Source of the DNA: Chrysemys picta bellii
Taxonomy: Eukaryota
Direction of reading: 5' to 3'
Length of the DNA: 64,000 nucleotides
Assembly: GCF_011386835.1 (NCBI RefSeq)
Contig: NC_088792.1
Coordinates: 57,722,001-57,786,000 of the forward strand
The translations under genes and the position numbers were made by a program. Below are positions 12,687 through 24,000 of the stretch, one piece after another; positions within the stretch are counted from its first letter, which is position 1, and each line of letters starts with the position of its first letter. The notes under the pieces were generated by a model. The model saw only the letters and a list, made by a program, of their open reading frames with translations. It was not told the origin of the DNA and searched no databases.

Positions 12687-15600
12687 CTGGAAGAAGAATA
12701 AACCGCAAATTAAAAAAATATTTGAAGTACGTTTCTATCTGAAAATAAAATCTCAATTTATCAAAATGTTTCGCTTGTGAATTAATTGATGTATATTGGG
12801 GCACAAAATATATTGTAGATCTTTTATTGTGGGATTTTTGGCACTGTTTACTGAAACCGAGGGTGTAGAGTTTCATGGTTCATCACTACTAAGAACTTGA
12901 CAAGCTCCATTTCATCACTTTTCACTTCCCTTCATTTTTCATATTTTAAAATTGATCCTCAACAGTAAATCTTATAATCATGCTTGAAGAGCTAACATAC
13001 AAATCAATAGACTTCAGTACATCTAATATTCTATTTGGGGTAAGAAAAAAGCTATGCATTCTGATAGATGCTGTGACATGAAAGGGACAAGGTCAACTTG
13101 AAAAATTACTTTTCTGTCTGACAATGAGTAATCCTAGGTTGTACCTAAGTAACTCTAAATTTAAAAAGTTGGTAGAAAAATATTTTCTCAATTTTTTCCC
13201 TAGACTGTTTACTTTGTGCATTTGACAGTCCTTTTGTGGATAGTAATTTTCACTGTGCCAGTTAAACCCTGGTCCTGTAAACTTATGAACGCATGCGTAA
13301 ATTGACTCAATTGAGTAGTCCTACTAATTTCAGTGGGAGTATTTGTGTACTTAAATGCTTTGCTGGATCAGGACCAGAGTGTTCGACCCCTTGCAAGAAT
13401 TACCGTAGGTATTTTTGGGGTGCGGAGCAGGAAGGACAATGAAATGCTGTCTGATCCTCAAGCACAGGTCAATGGGTAGGGTATGTCTCACTGGTCACAG
13501 TGTGAAATGCAAAGCATTCACAGTGTGGATACTTACAGAATGGTATGTCTTGGGGTTCGTAAGTATAGAGTCGATTAGAATATCTTCCAGTGATATCAGC
13601 TCTTACTGTAAGAGAGGGGTCTGAAAAAGTGGACATATTATACAATTATCCCATTGCATTCTCAGTAACAGCATCTTCAATGTCTACTGGTTGTGAATAT
13701 GAGGCAGAGTCAACTTAAATATAGTTTTGGAAGATACTAATTTAGAACAAATGGAATAATTACATTCTTTTCCACCCAGAGTTCTTATTACACTGATGTA
13801 CTGAACGAGTGACAGATTTATTTTAAATATTATGTATTAATTGTTAAATAGGGATATATGTTATGTTCACCAGTATGTATATTCTATTGCATGTTTAAGG
13901 GAAAATATCACAAAAAGAGGCCAGTCCTCTTGAATATATATATTCAGTAGGGCTGTCAAGCAATTAAAAAAGTGATTGCGATTAATTGTGTGATTAAAAA
14001 AATTGTCATTAATCTCACAATTAATCGAGTGTTACTAATGGAATACCATTTATTTAAATAATTTTGGATGTTTTTTACATTTTTAAATATATTGATTTCA
14101 ATTACAACATAGAATACAAACAAGGTTGTTTACATTTGCAGGAGATAATGCTGCCAGCTTCTTGTTTACAATGTCACCTGAAAATGAGAACAGGTGTTTG
14201 CTTGGCACTATTGTAGCCGGCGTTGTAAGATATTTACATGCCAGATGTGCAAAAGATTCATATGTCCCTTCATGCTTCAGTCACCATTCCAGAGGACATT
14301 GGTTCATGCTGACGATGGGTTCTGCTCAATAACGATCCAAAGCAGCACAGACCGACACATGTTCATTTTCATCATCTGAGTCAGATGCCACTAGCAAAGG
14401 TTGATTTTCTTTTTTGGTGGTTTGCATTCTGTAGTTTCCACATTGGAGTGTTGCTCTTTTAAAACTTCTGAAAGCATGCTCCACACCTCGTTCCTCTCAG
14501 ATTTTGGAAGGCACTTCAGATTCTTAAACCTTGGGTCGAGTGCTGTACCTATCCTTAGAAATCTCACATTGATACCTTCCTTGCATTTTGTCAAAGCTGC
14601 AGTGAGTGTTCTTAAAATGAACACCACATGCTGGGTCATCATCCAAGACTGCTATAACATGAAATATATGGCAGAATGTGGGTAAAACAGAACAGGAGAC
14701 ATACAATTCTCCCCCAAGGAGTTCAGTCACAAATTTAATTAACACATTATTTTTGTAATGAACGTCATCATCATGGAAGCATATCCTCTGGAAAGGTGGC
14801 CAAAGCATTAAGGGGCATATGAATCAGATATGCTAAGCATATCTGGCACGTAAATACCTTGCAATGCTGGCTACAAAAGTGCCATGCAAAAGCCTGTTCT
14901 CACTTTCAGGTGACATTGTAAAAAAGAAGAGGGCAGCATTATGTCCCATAAATGTAAACAAACTCATTTATCTTAGTGATTGGCTGAACAAGAAGTAGGA
15001 CTGAGTGGACTTGTAGGCTCTAAAGTTTTACATTGTTTTGTTTTTGAGTGCACTTATGTAACAAAAAAATCTACATTTGTAAGTTCAACTTTCATGATAA
15101 AGAGATTGCACTATAGTACTTGTTTGAGGTGAATTGAAAAATACTATTTCTTTTACAGTCAATATTCATATTAAAAAATAATATAAAGTGAGCACTGTAC
15201 ACTTTTTGTATTATGTGTTGTAAATGAAATCAGTTTATTTGGAAATGTAGAAAAAAATCCAAAATATTTAATACATTTCAATTGGTATTCTATTGTTTAA
15301 CAGTTTGATTAAAACTGTGATTAATAACGATTATTTTTTTTTAGTTAATTGCGTGAGTTAACTGTGATTAATCAACAGACCTAATATTCAGTATGTAAAA
15401 CTATGCACATACATTGGGTAAGGCATTCTGGCTCTGAAAGCTCCACATAAATTATATGAATCATGTATTACTGTGATTCTCAGACTTTTACTTTCTGAGG
15501 GCCAACTTTTATTATCCTCTCTTTGGCTCACTTCCCTTCTCTGACTAAAATTCTCATAACTTGAATTATATGGTCCGATCACCACAGTATCTGAGCGCCT

Positions 15601-18037
15601 CACAATCTTTAATGCATTCATCCTTTAGATGATAACAGTATCATCCAAAATACTATTATCCTCATTTTACAATAGGGGAACTAAGCCATAAAAAGACTAA
15701 ATGATTTGCCCAAGTCACTTAAGGAGTCTATGATGGTGGAGGTATTTGAACCCAGGTCTCCACAGGCAAAGTTAGGGCTATAGCCCGTGCACCATTTTGA
15801 GACTTGAAAATGATTCATTCTGAAGACCGCCAAGAAGAACACCTTGGATTCCTGGTGATCTACAGATCAGGGGCTTAACAGCCACACTGAGCTCGTCCAT
15901 CATTGATCCTACATGATTTCTCTCTCTTTGTAACAGTTTAAAAAAAAATGAAAATTCCACCTTTGCCATGAAGATACAATTCTGTGTGTTTGTAACTGTC
16001 GGTTTATATCCCCCTCATTGGCCCTTTCCTAAAAGAGGCAACTTGTTTGAAAATAATAACTATAGGGACCTGTCAACAATACCCTTCTGTGATGTTGCAC
16101 TCTATATGATTTTATGAAAGTATGCTGATGAATGCGAATATAATGTAATTAAAATATGCTTCATGCAAAAAGTTTCTTGTAAGGTATCATTACAAAACTT
16201 ATAATCTACTAAATGTGTTCATCCTATTTGTATGAATGTATCATTCTTGTATCTGAAACTAGGAATATGAAATATAACTCTGAGGGCCTATTGTAATTAT
16301 GCAAAATATGGGCCATTAATGGTGGTTTGGAATCATGATGGCTCCCATCAGTCAGGACAATTGACTGTAAATGGCTCTGTTTTACTTGTAAATCTTTCTG
16401 TATATATGTGTGCTGGCAAGTGGGTAATGAAGTCTTACAGTGACATGTGATCATGTCTTCTGAACTGGAATCCATAACCTGGTGCTTTTCCATTTAGAAG
16501 GAGGGGTGGGAACACAGAGAGGGGAAAAAGGATTCCCGCCTTATGCAAAAGATATACAAGTGGGTTGACCAGAACAAAAGGGGCAGTCATCATGAGAAAT
16601 CCCCTAGCTACCACCTGAGCTGGAACCAGGGCTGTACCAGGGGAAAGGATTGTGCCCAGACTAGGAAGGTGTCCAGTCTGTGAAAGAAACTTATTGAAAC
16701 ATCTCTGAGGGTGAGATTTTTATCTGTATTCAGTGTTATTACTGTACTAGGCTTAGACTTGCGTGTTTTTTATTTTTATTTTGCTTGGTAATTCACTTTG
16801 TTCTGTATCAGGGGGTAGCCGTGTTAGTCTGTATCCACAAAAACAACAAGGAGTCCGGTGGCACCTTAAAGACTAACATATTTGTTTGGGCATAAGGTTT
16901 TGTGGGTAAAAAAACTCACTTCTTCAGATGTGAAGAAGTGAGGTTTTTTACTCACGAAAGCTTATGCCCAAATAAATCTGTTAGTCTTTAAGGTGCCACC
17001 GGACTCCTTGTTGTTTTTGTCACTTTGTTCTGTCTGCTATTGCTTGGAACCACTTAAATCCTACTTTCACTTTTTACTTTTTAATTAACCCAGAGTATGT
17101 ATTAATACCTGGGAGGGGCAAACAGCTCCGCATATCTCTCTATCAGTGTTATAGATGGCAAACAATTTGAGTTTACACTGTATAAGCTTTATACAGGGTA
17201 AAACAGATTTATTTGGGGTTTGGACCCCACTGGGAGTTGGGCATCTGAGTGTTAAAGACAGGAGCACTTCTTAAATTGCTTTCAGTTAAGTCTGCAGCTT
17301 TGGGGCATTTGGTTCAGACCCTGGATCTGTGTTAGAGCAGACTGGCATGTCTGGCTCAACAAGACAGGGTGCTGGAGTCCCAAGCTGGCAGGGAAAGCAG
17401 GGGCAGAAGTAGTCTTAGCACATCAGTTGGCAGTTCCCAAGGGGGTTTCTGTGATGCAACCCATCACACCTTCATCCCCCCATCTCTCATCCCCCGCATG
17501 GGGCTTATGGCAGCTGTAAGGGCTGGCACTTAGAAAGAGAGGGACCAGGATCGACAGGAGTAGTGGTGGTGTCAAACACTCATTAGCATAATTTCCCCAT
17601 TTACAACCTCTTCCATTTGAGCAGCCCTGGGATTGCATTGCAGCTTCAGAGCACCCCTACCCCCATGTGGCATTGGATTCAATTCTTTTTGGGATCAGCT
17701 GGTCTCATGCAAAGCTGGGTTATATTGCAGGCAGACATATCCCTTTTTTACCAGCCTAGTGACGAGTGCATTACAAATACACACTGCACCCACTGTGAGA
17801 CTATTTGCAGGGACATACTATTGCAATGCTGTATGAGCAATTTATTAGACATTCATGGAGATTTCTTTCTAGTTAGGCAACTCAGTAAACTCCTCCTTTT
17901 GCCAAACTTGCCAATAGCTGAGACTCTGCTTGGTTTTGGAGGGTCAGGGAAATATGTATATAGCATTGATTTCTTTTGTGGACAGATCTGTGGTGAGCTG
18001 CCTGGTAGACTGATTTTAAATCCAAGTTGTTTAAATC

Positions 18038-18069
<32 letters not shown>

Positions 18070-21000
18070 TTTTTTTTTCCATAGCTTGTGGATCCCTTCC
18101 CCTTCTGCACCATCTGCCAGTGCTGCATCTTTCATTTATTATCTCCTTTCCAGGATGTGGAACCATTGGCCCCTGCCATCTCCCTCACCCCAGGGGCCGA
18201 AAGATTCTACACTGAGTGGCAATGTTTTGAAAATTTCACACCATGTTCAAGCTCAACCCAGGAGTGGGAAGAGCCTATGGTAATGGAATTCTAAGATTGA
18301 AGGGGGGGCTCAAACCCAAGCTACTTTCACATACACTTCACCCCCAACTCTCACCTATCCCTTACTCCTCTAGTGTGCTGGACGAGATGAACCTTGCTTT
18401 TTCTGTGTGCGTGTGCGCATCTGTCTATCAGTGCTGTCGGCTGCTAGAGGAGATATTTAAATACTCCCTCATTCTTCTCTTCTCTAAACTGATAAGTCTT
18501 CAGATAGGTAAAAGGCTGTTATAAAGAGGAGGAGGATCAGTTTTTCTCCATGTCCACTGAAGGTAGGACAAGAAGTGATGGTCTTATTCTGCAGCAAGGG
18601 AGATTTAGATATTAAGGGAAATGTTCTAACTATAAGGGCAGTTAAGCTCTGGAATACGCTTCCAAGGAAGGTTGTGGAATCCCCATCATTGGAGGTTTTA
18701 AAGACAAACACCTGTCAGGGATGATCTAGGCATATGCCTCAGTGCAGGAAGATGGACTAGGTGATTTCTCACGATCCCTTCCAGCCCTACATTTCTATGG
18801 TTTTGTTTGATGCCTTGAAGGAGGCAAGGGTTTGGTATATACCATGCTAACTCAAAAATTAATAAATTAAAATGTTAAATATCCTGTATATCATGAGGGA
18901 GAAAATTCCTATAACACATACATACTATTGAAATGAGGTTTCATTTTTAAAGAAGATATATATTGTGCATACCTACAAACATGATTCGAGGTACATATTG
19001 TCCATCAGGTGACAAGTTCTTATCTGTGGTTTCATGCTGGCAGGAAAATTAAGAGCAAATTATTAAATATTCATTTGCACTTTGTGAAACTAGCGAATAG
19101 GAGCATATGAAGCCATGGTAGATAATACTAACGTGACAACGTATGCTGAAATGCATCAATTTAAAACGTGCAATATATATCTCCTTACCATGAGATTTAG
19201 CATGATGAAGTTATTTTGAGCCATTTCTTGTATTTCCTCATTTTCTGCAAAAACCTTCTTCAGTGCTAGAAAAGATGTGATGGTTTTAAAAGCTGTTCTC
19301 AATCACTTCTTCTAAAACCTATTTTTTCTTCTTCACTGGGGCAACATATGCATGAGACTTTGCTTTCTCCACATTTCTAATGAGACAGGTCACAGATCTA
19401 TCACCACATTTTGGTTTTGTCCTGTGTCGGGACAACCTTCAGCTATACAAATGGAAGCTTTCTCCTGTTATTTCTGAAGCCTTTCATTTCAATGGGTGTC
19501 AAGCAACAGCTTGACAAAAGTGTATTATTCTCCGTAAATTCTTCTTAGGTCAATTTCAGCAGTCATGCCCCAGTCTCCTTCTCTGGTTACCAGTTCAGGA
19601 GGAAAGAACAATATTAAATCTGTTCAATGAGTTAGGAGTAAATTCATGCATCTTAATTTAAACCGTCTAATACTGCATCAGGCTTTGCAGAACAGCTTTG
19701 TAAGGTATTTTTTCATGTTCTCTGTTGTAAAAGGCTTGTGGTGGGGTTTGTAAGCAGCCTGTTTTCATTATTTACTTTTTGGAGATACTTTCTATTGAAT
19801 ATGCAGCACATCTGAGAAAGTGATTCAGTGTTACAGATAACTATAGAAAGGGGCCATATAACAATCTAGAGATTGGCGGATATATGTTCTAAAAATCTTC
19901 AAATTATTAGTTTAACAGTCAGACAATTGAAATTACCTTGGCAGTATTGACAGTCCTCCAGATGATGAATGACCATCAGTGGTTTGTTACTTTAATAACA
20001 ACAAAAAATACATAATTAGATCATCTGATGAGTGTAAAATTAGAGTCACTTGGATAAACAGGCCTGGATATGCAACTGCGGTAGCATCTTATGTTACACC
20101 AAACTAATAACTAGACTGAGGCATTGGGAAGAATGGGGCATATTTCTGAGTGTCATGTAACTCGTTCATAAAAAGGAACGCAAGAAAATAGAGATGCAAG
20201 ATATATTCTAAACTGAGAGGTTCTCAGCTTGGAGACTGCAGAGGATCATCTTTTTATTATTGCTTAATATATAGTTCCAGGAAGGCTTACAAAGAGAAGC
20301 ATTCTCCAACCTAGCCCAGTCTTGTGGACACTTACTACTGAGTAGAGCTAGTCAAAATTTCCTTTCTCTGGTTTTCTACAAGTTTTTTTTTTCCCCATAA
20401 AAAAATCTATTTTTGATTAAACTGCCCTTCCCTTGAAAATTGGCTATGAAAAGTTTCATTGAAAAATTGGGGGGGGGGGGGGGGAGGGGGGGAGAGGGTG
20501 TTGAACAGCTGCGGAATTGGCTTAAATTTTTCCCGAAATGAAAAATGTTGATGAAATTTAGATATCTTTCAACATATTGGGGAAAAATATACTCTATCAT
20601 AAGCCGGTTCGTTTATAAGCCAACCCCCCCCAAGATGGATAAGTAAAAATGGAAAATTTTTATGACCCGTTCTTAAGCCAACCCAGGGGTCAGCAAACTT
20701 CGGCTCCCGGGCCATGAGGATAAGCCGCTGGCGGGCCGAGATGGTTTGTTTACCTCGAGCGTCCACAGGCACAAAGGTAAACCTTAGTAAACGAAGTGTC
20801 CCGGCATGCCAGATATTTACCCTGACGGCTGGGACAGCAATTGGTGGGGAAATTTTTTTTGGGGGGGAGAAGCTGGGGGTGAGGGGAGTAACCCATCCTA
20901 TCTCTTCCCACCTTATCTGGGAAGGATGTCTCTGGCCTGGCTGGAGCTGCTCCAGCGGGCCAGACCGGGCGGTGCGGCCGCAGCATGTTCCAGCGGGCTG

Positions 21001-24000
21001 GGACGGGCGGTGCGGCCGCAGCATGTTCCAGCGGGCTGGGACGGGCGGTGCGGCTGTAGTATGTTCCAGCGGTCTGGGACGGGCGGCGCGGCCGCAGCGT
21101 GCTCCGGCGCCCAAGCGGCGCAGCCACAGCCTGCGCTGGGGGGCGGGGCTGAGCGGCATGGCTGCAGCCTGCCAGCCCCGGAGCTGCAGCTGCTTCGGAG
21201 GCTGGGGGGAGAGCAGCGTGGCCAAAAGCAGAGAGACTCTGGCCCCGCCTCTTCCCTTCTGGCTGTGCTGCTTCTCCTTGCGCCCTCTGTTGGGGGGAGA
21301 GGCTGTGTCCCACCTCTCCCTCTCTATACCCATTCATAAGCTGACCCCCTTCTCTGGTGCTTCCCTTTTTTACTAAAAAAATTTGGCTTATGAACGAGTA
21401 TCTATGGTCAGGGCTGGCTTTAGACCGATTCCGCCGATTCCCCGGAATCGGGCCCCACGCCTAAGAGGGCCCCACTCCCCTGGCCGGAGCGCAGCAAGCC
21501 CTGCGGCTTCACTCCCCTGGCGGGAGCCGCGGCCCCGCTCCCCCGGCCGGAGTGCCGGCCCGGCAAGCCCCGAGGTGCCGCTCTCCGGTCAGAGCGCCGG
21601 CCAGAGCCCAGCAACCACGTGGCCCCGCAACCCCGGCCGGAGCACGGCAGTCCGAAGTGCTGCTGAAGACTCGGAGCGCCGCCCAGTGAGTACAAGCCCC
21701 TCTTGCTAAAGCCGGCCCTGTATACGGTAATTAAAATTTTTAAAAGACAAATTTTTATTCTTTTTTTGACCAGTTCTTGTGCTCAGCACAGTGCTTATTA
21801 CTATGTGTTTTGCCACTGTAGTCAATAGTGCTCAGTAGGATTTTCCTCCTTGCTTTCACAAGGTATGCAACAGATTAGTTGCCCTTCTTTTAAACCTGAG
21901 TTGGTAGGTTGGCCTGGGACTGTGCTTTGTTGCTGTAGAAAGAAGTGGGTTTGGAGGAGTGACCTGGAGGAGCGTGAGGTTATGAGGTGTACAGGAATCC
22001 TCAAGTGTACTTCCCACTGAATCCATAGTGATGCTTATTCAAGAACTCATTCTGGACGAGTTGTGAACAGTGAGGAACTGCCCATGTATTTAATACTATA
22101 AGCCAAAGGGGAAAGCATTGAGATGATAGTTAATACAACAGAATGTTGCCTGAGGTTCTATTACTGGCTCATGCTGTTGTGGTAAAGCTGAGGAATTAAT
22201 CAAATATAAATACCATCATGAAAACAAGTCTGTTTACTTTCTGATAATAGACCTTTATCCTGTGGCAATTTTCTATTCCATAGCACACACATAAACGCCA
22301 ACATCTTGTCTAACAGTGCTTGATGCAGTAAGCCACAGTGCGATTACCAAAAAGATGTTGCTTTTATTTATAGAATTACATTTTTGTTTTGTTACAAGAT
22401 GCTTTCTATATTAGCTAGAGTGGGATTTTTTGTTTTGCTTTGTTTCTTTACAGTACTTTGATTAGATAGTTCAGCTGACTTGACAACTTTATCTTTTCTA
22501 AATGTTCTTTACCTTTTTCTTGCTTGAAAAAGCCCTTCTTCATAGGTTTGCACCCAAGTAATATCATCTCCCCAGCCTGTAATCACAATGGAGGGATTAA
22601 TCAACAGAGTCTTGAAAATAACTTCTGTTTTGGGCATTTATCAATATCTTGCACAGAGATAGGATTTTTTTTTTATCCAGTGCCTTCAAAACTCCATGTA
22701 GATATTAAGTCTCTCAACTTTTGAGTATTACACTAATTTAACAGATAAGTAAACTTAGGCACAAAGGACCAGGGAACAGGTTTACAAAGGTATTCAAGTT
22801 TCTGAAGAGGCAGATAGGCACCAAGTTGGAATTTCAAAAACACCTAGGCAAGTTACTTGCCAAACTTAAGCACTTAGGCAAGCACCTAGTGGAATTTACA
22901 ATCTTCATTAGTCCTCAGGTCCCTGAGTCTGGCTGACCTGCATTTGATGCAGAGCCTGAAGTCAGGGGACAAAAGTAGGATGAAAAAAGAGTTCCCAACA
23001 CTCATAGTTGTGGAGAAAAGTTTGAAAATGTGACCCGTAAAATTTCAAATACCAGCAGACAAAAGGATTCCAAAATCAATATTTAAAAAAAAACAACCTC
23101 ATATTTTTTAATCTAATCTCATAATTTTGGGGCCTGAATCATGATTTTTTTTTAACATTAGGAGTTGGCAACACTAAGTCTGTTCATGCAGTCTTTATCA
23201 AGAATTAATATTAAAAATATTTCCAGATGAATTACCAGCCTCTCTACTCATCCCCACCTAGTCATTTTCTGGTCTTGAGGAGGGTATTGTCCAATTGATT
23301 CATGTGCCTTATCAGATCCCCAATGTGCAAGTTCTTGTTTAATAGGTTCAGACTCCTCAACAATGTTACTTCCCTATTAAGGCTGTGGTGGGAGTACTAT
23401 TGCTGCAAGAGTTGAACACCAATTGATTTGGATTTGGAACCAGCTGAAGATCCTGCCTGATTCTTCTCTGCTGAGTATCTTGGTCAATCTCAACCATGTA
23501 GGAGCTTGTAGTAAAGCTCCACCTTGTGACAACAGCCAATATTGTTCAATCTCTTTCCTTATCCAGTCTTGTCAGTATTTGATCTTCGATAAGATTTGGG
23601 CTGCATTCTAATGGGTTAAAGAGGAAGGCCTGAGATGTTTTAAATCTGGTATCTCTTGGCCTCCTATCATTTAAGGAGGACCATTTAGGTTAATGATGTA
23701 TCTCTCAGGTTGGTAATATTATTCTGATCTGTTTCACCAATAAGCAGCTGAGCTTGGCTTGAGTCAGTGACTGAGGTAGGGGGTTGTTTTATAGCTCAGA
23801 AGAGCTAATATAAGGTCTCTTTATTGTAGTAGAGATTTCTTAGCAATCTGGACTGCTGGAAAGAGCAATATACTCCCTTATTAGTTCTGGGGGCTGCAAG
23901 TTACATACTTAAACTTATACTGTGTCTCAGAAGCCTGGAATTTAGAGCAAGCAAGCTGTCACATGCTGTCAGTGACTATTTCTTCCACATTTCCAAAATA

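Larger units (their letters stand above)
20587..21727. mobile_element. Tc1/mariner (Tc2/pogo-like) non-autonomous element in AGR3 intron 3
   Basis: Left ATATACTCTATCATAAGCC matches the reverse complement of the reconstructed right end GGCTTATGAACGAGTATATACGG|TA; the outermost 4 bp of the left TIR are missing. Confidence 0.7.

Noticed and set aside
17617-18084. 155-aa plus-strand ORF, and the 167-aa minus-strand ORF at 59106-59609
   Set aside because: No recognisable domain; the first is antisense within AGR3 intron 6 and runs into a CT microsatellite. Both are consistent with chance ORFs.
20950-21108. Regularly spaced 38-bp repeats as a possible CRISPR array
   Set aside because: Head-to-tail units with no unique spacers, in a vertebrate transposon; it is a minisatellite.
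20569-21709. Long GC-rich ORFs (254, 220, 195 and 177 aa), and similar ones at 3086-3574, 24303-24971 and 25330-26036
   Set aside because: They arise from stop-poor GC-rich MITE interiors and tandem repeats, overlap in several frames and show no protein-family motifs.
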